Source: Eledone cirrhosa (lineage: Eukaryota). Taken from it: a DNA stretch of 64,000 nucleotides. The stretch is from assembly GCA_964016885.1 (NCBI GenBank), contig OZ024743.1, positions 117,862,001-117,926,000 of the forward strand. The letters are read 5' to 3'. Numbering within the stretch: position 1 is the first letter of the stretch; the number at the start of each line of letters is the position of its first letter. A program made the translations under genes and the position numbers. Below are positions 1 to 15,134 of this stretch, piece after piece. A model generated the notes under the pieces. That model did no database searches. It had not been told where the DNA came from and saw only the letters and a program-made list of their open reading frames with translations.

Positions 1-105
1 AATACTGTACTATATATTTTCAATAGTAATACTATATCATATATTTTTAACAGTAATACTATACTATATGTTTTCAACAGTAACATTATACTATATATTT
101 TCAAC
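1..105. repeat. Minisatellite, ~25-30 bp unit (tatattttcaacagtaatactatac)
   Basis: Several degenerate tandem units; the same unit recurs at 11679-11985. Confidence 0.8.
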
Positions 106-1596
106 ACACACAATATATATATTACTAAATCTCTGTGATTGTGTGCTGTAATTTAATACAGCCAAAAGGGCGCATAATGGTAAAATACTTTGAAAGAAAG
201 TTGCCCCTGAAATGGGAATGTAAAGGGAATAAAATAAGTTTCGCGTAATTCGGAGTGCGTGTTCACGAGATAAGGGCTTTTTCCGGGTACCTTCATAAAT
301 AGAGAGAGAGAACGATAGAGAGAAAAAGATAGTGGTTATGAGAGAGTAACTTGAAAGAGAGCATAAAGAGAGATAGAGAAGGAGACAGAGAATGAAAATG
401 GAAGAGAGACACACACATATACAGTGTATATATTGGCCTTCCAATTTCATTTTACATCATATACATGTCTGTATATTTTAATTATTTAAAAATAATTTTT
501 AAGTGAACATGATTTTCACGGGTGTCTAATATATATATATATGAAATTGAGGATCGGTTGAAAGCTTCATTGATTGAACAATATACAATTCATGGACTAA
601 AGGAGGTTTCATGACTAAATGAGGTTTATTCCTCAACATAGTCTCTGAACTGAATCAATGCAGTTATTAATAAGAAAATTTGAAATTAATGCATACAAGA
701 TTTCACAGCCCTAGCATAAATCCTTCATAGTCAGCAAATGTAATTCTCAGCCTATACTCGTATATTGTATTCTTGTTTTTATTTTCCATTTGCTAATATC
801 TATTTCAAGGGAGTGAGAGATAAGAATGAGGTTGGAAGTATTGGCACAAAAATAGGAATTATATATCGTCGTCAATATTTATATTTATCAGCTTTTGATG
901 AATAGACAGAGCGTCAATATATATATATCCACATTAATATACATATGTTTGCTTGTGTGTGTGTGCGTGTGTGTGTGTGTATGTTGTGTGTGTGTGAATG
1001 TGTGTCAGCGTTTGTGGTTGTGCATGTGTGTGTGAAAAAGAGAGATAGAGAGTATATATGCGTTGCATATTACCATTATTATATTTACATATTCTTTTCA
1101 GCCGATTAAGAATACGGTTTACTGATGGGTGTTTAATGTGGTATGGTCTGTTTCACAGCAGACATGTTTGACCAAACCAGTTTACTGATATCGGATGTTA
1201 CCTTGATCGAAACGAATAGGTCAGACCTACTAATTCTTTAGGATGGAGTCTCTTGTATGAAGTACACTGCTGGTAATGAAAAATATAGCATTACTTCAAA
1301 TTCAGTTCTGTAAACTTACCAAGGACACATTTAATACCATGGTTGCTGTCTTGCGAAGGTTGATGTCTTTGGCGGCTTCAAGATCGATGCTCTTTCATCA
1401 CTTAATTAAAAAGGAATGGCGGTGCCCATGCATATTTTCAGATCCTCCGGTATTTGAGTTTGTGTGGGTGTGCATCTGGGTATATATACACACACACACT
1501 TATACACCCAGGTTTATATTTGTCGAACCGTTAAGTTACGATATATAAACAAATTAGAAAACTTACACGCACGCATACGCACACGCACACACACAG

Positions 1597-1693
<97 letters not shown>

Positions 1694-1715
1694 TATATAT
1701 ATATATATATATATA

Positions 1716-1870
1716 GGAAAATATTCAAGTCCAGAAACAGCCGTCGAAACGGCTTGAGCTCTACCGTCGGGGTCTTGAATATGTTTCTATTACCCACTCT
1801 ACTACCCTAAGTATCGAGTACTCTGGTGCGTTATGGTCCACCTGGTTCCTTACCACACTTCCTTCGTTAT
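1716..1870. repeat. Dispersed repeat between (TA)n tracts, probable Penelope-like terminal repeat fragment
   Basis: Diverged reverse complement of ~40971-41100 (e.g. ggtgcgttatggtccacctggttccttaccac vs gtggtaaggaaccaggtggaccataacgcacc). The Penelope assignment is inference from context. Confidence 0.55.
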
Positions 1871-2125
1871 ATATATATAGTTGTATATATATATATTTTA
1901 AAAAATAGAGGTGTGACACACGAGTTGTGATATATTAGTAAAAAGGAAATGAAAATATGATAAATTTTTCCCAGTGAAAAATAGGTTAATTAGGAATAAG
2001 TATAAATTAGTAATAAGTATTAGTTTGTATTCAGTTTTAGCTTTAAGTTGTTATCGGTTGCGCAGTTCTTATGCGTTTCAAAAATAATTTTGAGATAGTG
2101 TGCTCGTGATTTTTGCTCTAATCTA

Positions 2126-2313
<188 letters not shown>

Positions 2314-2632
2314 ATACATAGAGAAAGAGAGTGACAGAGAAAGGAAATTGATAGAAACAAAGGAACTGACAGCGAGAAAATCTGGAGAATGAGATGTGGA
2401 TGGACTAATGGTTGTATGGGTGGAAGGATGGAAGAATGCAGGCGTATATGCATGGATGGTTATAATTTGCATACCTATGTATGAAAACTATATGCGTTTC
2501 TACGTGCATATATATATATACATAAGTCATAAGTATTTATCAAAGCGACTGTAAAGATAGCTGCCATTTGCCGTCATTTCTACACGTATGCGCCATTAAT
2601 AAAGGCAGATATACTCTTATAATATCTCTGCA

Positions 2633-2711
<79 letters not shown>

Positions 2712-3393
2712 TTAATAATAATAATACTAGAACTGCTGCTACTGTACTACAACTATTAATTCTTCTCCATCATTTTTCTCTCTTACATGAAATTGCACTT
2801 ATAAACACTCAGATGAAAGATGCCCTTTCAACTAATATTCATGAAGGCAAAAGAGTTTGAGACAAGACCATTCCACAGCCGGAAGGACAAGGCAGAATGA
2901 GATTTCATTACGGTAGTGGTGATGGCAGCAGCGATGGTGTTGTTGCGGATTAGTTCTGGTAGTAGTGGTGTTGTTGGTATAAGCTGGCGTTGATATGTGG
3001 TGACATGTTCAAGTTAAGCATTTTAAATTTGATACCGGCTCATGTTACTAACGAAACTGAAAATTCTCTTAATATCTTATTTAAAACGATTGCCTTACCA
3101 TTGAAGTAAGCTGATATCTTTAAATCGATAACTGCATATCACATACATACATATTTATATACATGCATACACAAATACATCCATACATATATGCATATAT
3201 ACATACATGCATACATACATGCATGCATACATACACATACATACATACACACACACATACATACATACATACATGCATGCATTCATACATACATGAATAT
3301 AAACATATAAAGTCACAGATATATGATATATATACATTTCCTCAAAATGGCAGACAGATTACACACGCATTTCTTTCTAAAAAATGTGTTTCG

Positions 3394-5545
3394 TTCTTCT
3401 TCTTCTTCTTCTTCTTCTTCTTCTTCTTCTTCTTCTTCTTCTTCTTCTTCTTCTTCTTCTTCTTCTTTCTTCTTCTTCTTCTTCTTCTTCTTCTTCTTCT
3501 TCTTCTTCTTCTTCTTCTTCTTCTTCTTCTTCTTCTTCTTCTTCTTCTTCTTCTTCTTCTTCTTCTTCTTCTTCTTCTTCTTCTTCTTCCAACAGGTCCT
3601 ACGAGAAGAAACCCTTTCCAAACAACCCGACTTGATCTCCAAACGAGACCAGCCAAACTCGCAGATGTTATCTAACGAACGCTCTTGAGTTCTCCCTATG
3701 GGTCACCTGCCGGATGGCTTTGCCCAATAAATCTGTCCAGTGATTCTTTCCTGAGACATTCTAACCACATGCCCATAGTATCAATGTTGTTATCTCTCAA
3801 TTCGGAGAAGTAGCGGCACTGAATTGAGTAATTCTCTTATCTCCAAGCTGCACACTCTATCGAAAAACGTTACTCCAAAACCCTTTGGAGAAACGTCATT
3901 TCGGTCGCTTGTATTCACGATCGTACTCTTCCGTTATTACTCAAGATTCATGACCATAGGAAAAGGCTGTCACGAATAGCGAATTGAAGAGAGCGAGTCA
4001 AGCTTTTACATGACCTCTCTTCTTCTGATTACCAAACTCTGAAGCTGGCGCATTATTGCAAAACCTCCTGCAATTCTGAACACGACCCCATGATACTTGA
4101 AACCCTCCAGCTGTTTCAGTGGAACTCCATTCACATGTAGAGTGCGCTGCACAGGCTTCTAGAGAGAACGAGTGTATAAGTTTTTGTAGCACTGATTTTC
4201 ATTCCAGTCATGCATTAGTCGGCATCAAACCTATCAAATGTAAGTCGGAGATACCCTTCTGTAGAGTTAAATAACACTATGTCTTCAAATTCCAGCTGAC
4301 TGATTTTACTGCCGCCAGTCGTGATTCCACTTTCAAACCGCATTTCAATCCTATTTATGAAAATATTAAACAGGAGATGTGTGAGTACGCACTATTGGCG
4401 AAGTCCGACTCCGATGTTGAATAGTTTCGATTTAGCACCATTTATCCGAACACAAATAATCGGGCATTCATATAGAAACATCAGGGCAGCAAGGTGACCA
4501 TCGATCCCATGCTCCTGCTCAAACTTCCACATCAGGTCCCGAGGAACGTGGTCATATACCTTTTCGATGGTTACAAAACATGAATATACCTCTTGGCGGG
4601 CCAGCTACGATTTCGTGTGAAGACATGCCGTAGTGTGAATATTTGGTCGGCTGTGCTGCGACCGTGGTAAATATCACACAGTTCATCAGCTAGCTTGTAC
4701 TCCACAATTTATCTGTAATTGGAATTCTTTCTTTTGTCTCCTTTTTTGAAAATTGCCATTGTTTAGCTGCCTTTCCAGAGATTCAGGCCACCCGGCACAC
4801 ACGAGTGGGCCAGAGAATACCTTCTCTATTTAAGGCTTATAACATCTCTGACCTGATTTCATCTTCGCCAGCGGCCTTGCTACATTTGCACTCTTTAACT
4901 GCTCTTGTGACCTCAGCATCTGAGAGATTAGTCACTGCTCCCAGGTGTAACTCGTACATTGTGTACATCAGAAAATGCTCTTGTTATTGGGTTAAGGAAA
5001 TCAGCAAAGTATTCTCGTCACCTCACGAGGATTTACCTCTCTCAAGACGGTGGAGGATGACTTCTTATTACGAAGTCGGCTGATTATCTGCACGAACACT
5101 TTATTTGCTGATCTGAAATCGGATTTCAACTTAAAACCTAAGTCCTCCGATGCCTTAACTTTGGACGCCTGCTTGTACCGAACGTGCGAGCAGGATTATT
5201 TATTTCCAAGCCAAGCTTCGAAGCTCTCCGCCTTTGCTCGGATGGTATATTTAACCTCTTGATTGAACCTGCCGCCACACCAGGCCTCTTTCAACCGTGG
5301 CATTTATGAGCTGAAGCAGAAACTGCGAGCTGAACAATCTCCGTTCTGTCTCAACGTCCTGGGTTTGCTCATGAAGTTCTTTGAATTTGGATGCAATAGT
5401 ATCTGAACAACTGATCCTGACTTCCTTATCCACCAACGGTAACCACTTCATCCTGTAGTTCGTCCTGGACCTGCCAATTTTGTGGGCTTCTTTGGCTTTA
5501 GGTAGCCTCAAGTTGTAAACGACGAGATGGTAATCAGTTCAGATC
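3394..5545 (-). mobile_element. Degenerate 5'-truncated RTE-clade LINE with (GAA)n 3' tail
   Basis: Minus-strand translation gives disrupted RTE-type C-terminal motifs (PLLLRIER, YYGHVVRM, GR.Q.R.LDNI..FGWSRL). The (TTC)n at 3394-3589 lies where the 3' tail is expected. Many stops and frameshifts. Confidence 0.7.
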
Positions 5546-7842
5546 TCAGAGTGTGTGCGTATGTGTATGTGTGTGTGTGTATGGTTGTGTGTGTGTGTGT
5601 ATGTGTGTGTGTTTCTTGAGTGTTAACCTATTTTTCAGACTAAAAATGACATTAACGTAAGGTGAACTCATGTATATTTTTATATTAAAGCCACGTGTCG
5701 CTGGATAGGCATATTGATATATTTCTGAACCTGTCTGTGCGAGCGGTTGTGTATCAGAACGCTCGTGTGCTTTCACTCTATAACTCTATATGTTCGTCAA
5801 TGCGATATATATAATCAATGTATATAAATTTACATTGACATAGCAGATAAATTTGAGTGCATGTTTCTGAACTGTTTACCGTGAAATAATATATGTGTAT
5901 ACAAATAAAAGTACAATATAATGTGTACATAGATAACAATACAGCCATATAACACCCCAGGAAGTAATAGAGAACATCTACTCTTTCATCCTATATGATA
6001 GAAATAACAGAAAATGAAAACAATTAGATGATATAATCCCTAATACACACAAAGACAGGATGATCTAGACTGGATCACAGGTCTGTTCTATCGGGAGCAA
6101 CAACCGAAATATTATATGTCCGTGCCAATGAGGCGGTCACTATGCAATAGATTCTTCCTCAATTCAGATTGTCTTAGAAAATCAATCGATACATTAGTTA
6201 ATATAGTATTACATACTCTAAAAATGGGAAGATGATCGATGTTGAATCTCGTATGTTGGTCGGCTTGCTCGATGAAGTTAGACTAACATATAACATAAAC
6301 TAGTATAGTGTAACATCTATCTGATTGCTCAATCAGTAAAAAATGAAACCTACACTCTTAAAAGCTGACTTTAATGAAGTTCTACATAGATTCTGTTTCA
6401 GTATAATGCATGGTAGTGAAGGCTAGAATGACTTTCACTATACCTTTGCGAGATTAGAGATGACCTCGGATTAAACAATAACAAAAAACAGAAAAACGTC
6501 AAGTACTATAATGACATATAGTTAGAAGTTATCCTGCATTGTTCTGTGTTCGATCCCATTGTAGCATACCTGAACAACTGCTGTTCCATAATTTTCCTAT
6601 GCCTGCAAACAGATATCAGATATTCCTTTAGACATGGAAAGTAACATGGAAAGAGTAATTCTTAATCTGATATTTACATTATTTCTCACGTTCTTTGTGA
6701 GCTATAGTTTCTTCTTTTCTTTTTATTTTGCCTATGGCATTCAGTAACAATCCCTTAACTTGCATATTCAAATTCATGTGATTGGTTCATTTGAGTTATT
6801 TTCTTTGGCTATTGTAAATTAGTTATACAAGTACATCTCATCTGAAACCCTATATCATCTAGATCTATAACACAAGCTTTACACTAATCTAAGACCTTAT
6901 TTGATATGAAACGTTGAACCTATTTTTAAAGTCTTATACTTTTCTAGTCATGGGACTATGAACATTCTAGGGCACTACCTTCTAACATATAAACGAATAG
7001 ATCAATCATATTTCTTGAACAGGTACTGATCTGATTTCATCAATCTTGTGTGGATTAAAAGACAAATGGACCTGGATGAGATTTGATTTCGGAACTTAAA
7101 GCGTCCTAAAGAAATACAAGTTATTGTCCGACAGTCTAACGATTCTGCAATGGAGATTGGGGGGGGGGGGGGCAAACAGAAAAAGAGACAGACAGATGCA
7201 GGTACGAGGGAAACGAGAAGCATACATGCTTGATTTTATTGGATGATGGGTTAAATTGTTCACATGCATTACAAAAGTTGTTATATTTGTTACTATATAT
7301 TCTTTGTTAGATTTATATTCACACACGCACACACACACACACAAACAAACACATTCACACACACACATAAATAGTGGTCTTGTGTGTAATGTATAGGATT
7401 ATCTCGATATTAAATCTAAGAAAATATTATTTCTATGTCCTACTATAAACTGTTACTTTTTCTGTGTATTATATATTACTGTAGGCATATAAAGAAAGCA
7501 GCATTTGTTCTACGGAACCAGTATCAAGTATTGGCATTGCTATGAAATACATATATCTGATTCTGCTATGCGCAACTTTCAATGTCCATTGTAAATTAAG
7601 TTAGTAACATTTATGTAATAAACAGATACACATGCTCATACATACATCCAACCTTCAAACACACACAAACACACACAAACACACACAAACACACACAAAA
7701 ACGCACAAGCATACACACACACACATTCACACACAGACACACACACACACACATATATATATATACATACAAATACATACATACATATACATACATATAT
7801 ACATACATATATATACATAGATAATTATAAATATACATATAT

Positions 7843-7924
<82 letters not shown>

Positions 7925-8604
7925 ATGTGTATATATCGTTTTTAAATGCATCTGTCATTTATTTTATATATATATACACGTAAGAAGATTAACAAAGAGA
8001 GGAAACAAAACAAAACGAAAGTCAATTTTTTAAGGAGAAAACCTTAAAAATCATTCTAAAAAAATAAAAATACAACGAAGGACACGGAACTCCATTGTTA
8101 CCGACTGTTTTAGTGGACTTTGGTAGTTTCGACCCCTACCAACGGTTCTGTTGGTCCATTCGGGGTGACAGCATCTGGCATAAGCCAAACGCTCTCCAGT
8201 GGAGTAACGAATGAGAGACAAAACGTTAATTTGTAGTAATTAACCTACAAAACGCATAGAATTTTGTGTGACATCAGAGAAAAGGTATGGTGCCTCTCAT
8301 AGCACGGAAGACATGAATGAAACAAAAAAGGGGAAAAAAGCAAGGAAGATAAAACAAGAAGATGCCTTAAAAATTGTAGGCCATTACAATAAATGGAGTG
8401 CAGGAAGAGATAAACACTTTCGTCTCATGAGTAGATAAACTTAAGAAAATTAAAAAAGAGAGGACAAGACAACGAATGAAGCGAAAAACAATTGTTTAAG
8501 GGGAACTCTTTAAAAAATTATTTTAAAATAACTTGAAAACATCAATTTGTGAAGGAAGTAATACTTAAAACTATTGAATTACTGCATATACATGTAATGA
8601 CAGT

Positions 8605-8752
8605 CATTACTACCACAGAGGTCCGACGAGCTTTTGATTCCAGAGTCGGGTCAGATCGATACAGATCGAAACTTAAACTGATCAGTAGTGAAACGCGCGT
8701 CACCATCCAATAAATAAAAATAAGGAGTAACCATTCGTCCTTGTATTATTAT
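8605..8752 (+). repeat. Dispersed repeat with hammerhead-like core (probable Penelope-like terminal repeat)
   Basis: Reverse-complement copy at ~44905-45050. Contains GGT-CCGACGA...GAAA-CGCGCG-TC-ACC followed by AATAAA. Confidence 0.55.
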
Positions 8753-8753
8753 A

Positions 8754-9500
8754 CTAGCAGTGGTACCCGGCGTTGCACAGTATAAGGTACTTTGGAACCC
8801 GGGCCGCCAACAGACCTAATCGTGGAAAAACTGCATGCTTGGATAATATGTAAAGAAAATAAACTGAATACTCTGATGTCTGGACAATCTTTAAGATTTT
8901 CCTCGATGAAGCAGGAAAAATGCAGGTTTTCAAATAATGCGGGCCCTAGGGTCTCAAGAAAATGATTTTTTTTTATGCGCATAATATGCCTTGAAATTTC
9001 GGGAAAATCGGCTAGATGTAACGCCTCAAAAAAGCCCTAAAAAGTTGAAAGATGAAGTTTTTCACCTAATGCGACCCTAGGCCATACAAATGTTGGATTT
9101 TCTTTGCTCACGGTATGAAGAAGAGACTGGCTAATACATAGTTACAATTTCAAGGAAATCTGATATATGTGGTGACATCTCTCCTGCTGACTCATGCAAC
9201 TTTATTAAAGTACAAAAGCACCAAGCCAATTTTCTCCACGTGGAAGGAGAAGCATACCTAATACTAATTGCATCAGAGCATTCGGTTTATTTTCTTTACA
9301 TATTGTTCAGTGATGCAGTTTTTCCACGATTAGGTCTGTTGGCGGCCCGCGTTATGTTTCAGGGAGTGTTATGCACATAACAAATTCAACTTTTTGATAC
9401 CCCAGGGCCCGCATTAGATGAAAGACTCCGCTTTTTCAGCTTTTTAGGGGTATTTTGAGGCGTTACGTCAGACGGATTTCCTTGAAATTGTAACTACTTC
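8754..9500 (-). mobile_element. Possible Helitron-like 3' end with internally repeated and inverted body
   Basis: Minus strand reads ...gcaacgccgggtaccactgCTAG|T at 8754-8780. Block 8800-8836 is the exact reverse complement of 9313-9349, with further diverged inverted blocks. Confidence 0.4.
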
Positions 9501-9654
9501 ATTTAACACCGCAACTTGAGAGGACACATGACAAAGGCGCTTTGCAATGGGTTAGAACTGGACACCTCATAAATGTGAATTTTTTTTTATTTACCATCGC
9601 CATTACCACCACCACTACCACTGTCGTCGTTGCTGTTATTCCTGCTGTTGCTGT

Positions 9655-9687
<33 letters not shown>

Positions 9688-10393
9688 TGCTACTGCTCCA
9701 TGTTACCCTTCTTGTTGCTTGCTATTCTTTCAAACAGCTTTACGTGGGAAATGTAGGTTATTATCATCGTACTGAATCTGACGCCAGTCAGTCTGGAAAA
9801 TATAACAAAGTGCTACAATACAGAAAGGCACGTTACAATAAAGCTGTTAATCGACCTATTCATTCGAAAGTAACTATATTCGCCACCTACCTATGTCTTA
9901 ACAACACTGCCAACTACGATATTTTGATAAAGAAGAAAAGGAAAAAAATGGGCAAAAAGGAAACACATTTTTATTTGTAGATGTATATACATTGTAGATT
10001 AAAATGAACATTGTTATAGAATCAATTGGCCATGAGTCGTTGAACATGTAAATTTTTAGTAAACAGTGGTAATAACATATTGTCATTCATAGCCATATGT
10101 TCAAAACGAACACATACATACACATATGTGTGTACCTGTATGTACGTACGTATGTATGTATGTATGTATGTATGTATGTATGTATGTATGTATGTATGTA
10201 TGTATGTATGTATGTATGTATGTATGCATGTATGTTTGTATATACGTACGTATGTATGTATGTATGTATGTATGCATGTATGGAAGTATGTATATATGTA
10301 TGCATGTATGCATATATATGTATCTATATTTATGCATACACACACATGTATATATATTTATATATATATATTCTCCGTTTTTTAATTTATTTT

Positions 10394-10677
10394 GCAAGAT
10401 TTCTTATCTGAAAACGTGTGTTGAAACAGATATTGTTATATTTGGGAGCGTCATACTGCCAATAAAAAGACATACCTGTTGGTTTTCATTTCAATTTATT
10501 ACAAACTTTCGGTTGGTTGTTTCAATAACCGGGTGGTTGTTTATTTGTTGTCAAAGCTCTTTCGTTACACATTCTCTGACCTCTTCAGTGACTGTCTTGT
10601 TATTTTGCGTCTTTCATTTGTTCTGTCCTGCACCATCTTTTTTTTGTGTGTTGACAACACACAAAAACAAGATGGTG
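10394..10677. repeat. Dispersed repeat, inverted copy at ~39670-39967
   Basis: gcaagatttcttatctgaaaacgtgtgttgaaac and ttctgtcctgcaccatctt match the reverse complement of 39670-39967. Terminal hairpin at 10631-10677. Confidence 0.7.
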
Positions 10678-10842
10678 TCGTTTCAAAGGTTTTGATTGAA
10701 GATATCAAGGCCACTACATATTACCGTCTTGTACTTATTTTCCATGTTATACAATAAAGGATCATTTATACGATATTACATTCTTGCTAAAGATATGTTT
10801 CCTTAGATTATATTATAATCCAGATTCTCCACTGCTATTTGA

Positions 10843-12101
<1,259 letters not shown>

Positions 12102-12983
12102 TCACAGTATATAAAACCTCAACTTTAAGGTAATTTACATGTCATCTTTTTCTGTTCCGACAAGATTTTCCATGTCATCCACCTACATTTTATTTTCGAA
12201 GGCCATCAACGAATTCTCTAAGGGCTTAGAAAGCTTGACATAACAACCAGAAAAGCAGTACCGATGGCTTTCACAGATTCTCCGAAATAGTAATGCTTAT
12301 CAACAAAGAAAATTCTATAATACATAAAGGTATATGGGCTACTACAAATTAACTTCAATATGGTCTATTTATTTTACAACAATATTAACAAAAATATTCT
12401 TATGCTCGGAACTTTAATCCGCCTAAATCTTGTGGCTGATGCAAATTCGTATGCTTTTCAATATTGGACTAAATTATTGTTCGTGACAAAGATCACCTCT
12501 CCTAACAATACATCTCCTTGATGAAACAATTCAATAGAGTATAAAATGAGCAGAGCAATGGCATGAAGCGTCTTCCTTAGGGAAATGGAGATTTATTTGT
12601 AATTTCTCTATACTTGATAAATTACATTGCCGCGTATGAATCTTACTTGAGCTGTTCCACAACTCTGTATCACAATATAGGTTTTCCATCAATTTAATGT
12701 CTTCATCAGCTGCATTTAACAGAAATCGATGCCACACTCCTGGAATGCTGGTCTCTAGTAAGTTACTGACACTAACATTTATAACAGCGTAAAAATGTTT
12801 CAAATGCTCAACACACAGAGGACCTTGACCATCTTAAATTATAGTGTAAACGGTAGCAAAAGTCGAAACCTGCACTTACTTACGAGGTTCTTTAGTTTTT
12901 TGTATTACTCTGAGTACAGCAATCTGGAAGCTGGGTAAAATTATATATATTCTGACGTCAAAATTTAAATGAAGTAATATAAT

Positions 12984-13198
12984 GATTTCTACTATAGGCA
13001 CAAGGTCAGTAATTTGAGGGGATGGCAAAGTCGATTAAATCGATCCCAGTGCGTGATCGGTACTTTATTTTATGGACTCCTTAAGGATGAAAGGCAAAGT
13101 TAACGTCACCGGAATTTGAACTCAGATCATAAAGGGCCGTATCTCTATACTGCAAAGCATGGCCTCCGACCCTCTACCGATACTGCCAATCTACCTCC
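12984..13198 (-). mobile_element. tRNA-derived SINE with 17-bp TSD
   Basis: TSD aaatgaagtaatataat at 12967-12983 and 13199-13215. Minus strand has A-box-like tggcagtatcgg and B-box gagttcaaattcc. Homologous to 47335-47530. Confidence 0.85.
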
Positions 13199-13698
13199 AA
13201 ATGAAGTAATATAATACACCGAAATGTCATCAATGACCACCCTTACCAATTCTACAAAGGATAATCCTTGGCATATATTTCCCCCTTTGGATCATAACAC
13301 GGATTCAGATTATTATACTTAACAAACATACAAACCTACCAGAGAAAATACAGGATAGCTTAAACAACAAAAAAATCTCCCATGCATATCATACTAACAT
13401 CAATAAACAACATCAACAACATCAATAACATATCTACCACTAATCATCAATACACACTTAACCAAATATTATTTAACACACGCTTAAGAAATAAAACGAA
13501 ATTCTGGCTAATATCTTACCTGTGAGGCCCGCAAACTATGCAGTTCAGAAGAGCAACATTTCCAGTAAATGCGTTTTCCCTAATGGAATATAACAGGGAA
13601 CCGTCCTTTTGCCGTCTCTGTCTCTTTTTCATCGATACCTATGAACCCTTCCCAATACACCTCAAAAACTCCAGCCATAATTAAATCAACTAGAAATG

Positions 13699-13804
13699 TC
13701 TTCTTCTTCTTCTTCTTCTTCTTCTTCTTCTTCTTCTTCTTCTTCTTCTTCTTCTTCTTCTTCTTCTTCTTCTTCTTCTTCTTCTTCTTCTTCTTCTTCT
13801 TCTT

Positions 13805-13834
<30 letters not shown>
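13699..13834. repeat. (TTC)n microsatellite at the left edge of the LINE array
   Basis: Pure (TTC)n directly abutting the 5'-truncated LINE. Confidence 0.95.
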
Positions 13835-13836
<2 letters not shown>

Positions 13837-15134
13837 GTCTAATGCAACTGGCAGCAGAACGGGAGAATTCCCAGTTTTGTGAGACGGGGAGCGATGACGC
13901 TGCTGAGAAAAGACCCGAACAAGGGGGATATTATCGATAACTTCAGGCCCATAACCATGCTAAACGCAGAGTTCAAGATTTTGGCCAAGGTGTTAGCGAC
14001 GAGGTTGGCGCTTGTCGTCAAAGGTCTGGTGGTAGAGGCGCAGACATGCGCCATTCCGGACAGATCCATACACGACAACCTCCACCTCATGCGATACATC
14101 ATAGAGAGGGTGGTTAAGGAACCTGGCAAGAGTGGGGCCCTGATCAACTTGGATCAATCCAAAGCATTCGATAGGGTCGACCATCGGTACCTGGCGGCGG
14201 TCCTCGAGGCAGCCGGTTTCGAGCCCGCTTTCAGGGGTTGGATCGCTGCGATGTACAGCGACATCTCCTCAGTTGTGAGGGTGAATGGTCACCTGTCGCA
14301 GCCGTTCAGCATCATGCGCTCGGTCCGCCAGGGTTGTCCCCTCTCGTCCCTCTTGTACGTATTGGCTCTCGATCCGTTACTGCACAAACTGGGTCGAAGA
14401 GGGGCGTCCCACGCGAACTAGGATACGGGAAATCCGAATCGGCTTACGCCGACGACTTCACCGTGGTGGTGTCGAGCACCAGACATGTCCAGATGCTCGG
14501 CACCGCTCTCAAGGAATACAAAGCGATAACAGGAGCAAAGATAAACCAGGAAAAGTCGGTGGGCTTGCAGCTCGGCACCTGGATAGGCAAGTCCATGCCG
14601 TCCGACAGCGTCGTGGGGCGTTGGACAGACCGGTTAAATTGCTCGGGGTCTGGTTCGGAACGGACGTCCAGATGGAGAAAAACTGGAGCGAGGTGACAAG
14701 CAAGGTGGCCTCCCTCACCCATAAATGGGCCGAGAGGAAGCTGTACCTGAAAGGCCGGGCGGAGGTGGCGAATGCGTACATCGCATCCGTCATCTGCTAC
14801 CGCCTCACCGTCGTCCCTGCCCCGGCCCAACTCTCACCAAAATAGAGCACCTCCTCTTCCGCTTTTTGTGGAAAAAACGCGCTACCATGGTCAGACGATC
14901 CTCGGAGGTTTCCCCCCTATTGGGGAATTTTTCATTGTTTAAATTTTCATTTTTATTGTTTATATATATATATATGTTTCTATGTATTTTTCTTTTTCTT
15001 TTCTTATATAAATAATAAAAATCTTTACACGAACAAAACTCACATCGTACCGTCCTGTGCCGTCTGTAATGTTTTTCTTGATGTCAGCCCTTGTGGCCAA
15101 TAAAGAAATAATAATAATTATTATTATTATTATT
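13835..15134 (+). mobile_element. 5'-truncated, internally deleted Tx1-type LINE (diverged subfamily)
   Basis: RT motifs RPITMLNAEFKIL, LDQSKAFDRVDH, QGCPLS, YADD with frameshifts. Jumps at ~14901 from the RT thumb to the 3' UTR. Ends AATAAA plus an (AAT)/(ATT)n tail. Confidence 0.9.

Noticed and set aside
5990-6500. Short segments resembling 3' ends of another SINE/LINE family (also ~42100-42420)
   Set aside because: Too decayed to define boundaries or family by eye.
12150-12950. Possible ancient RT remnant on the minus strand (VWHRFLL, QGDVL)
   Set aside because: Isolated short motifs without a supportable colinear frame.
13500-13698. Faint minus-strand resemblance to an ORF1 zinc-knuckle region
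   Set aside because: Cys/His spacing is wrong and the frame has stops; needs a profile search.
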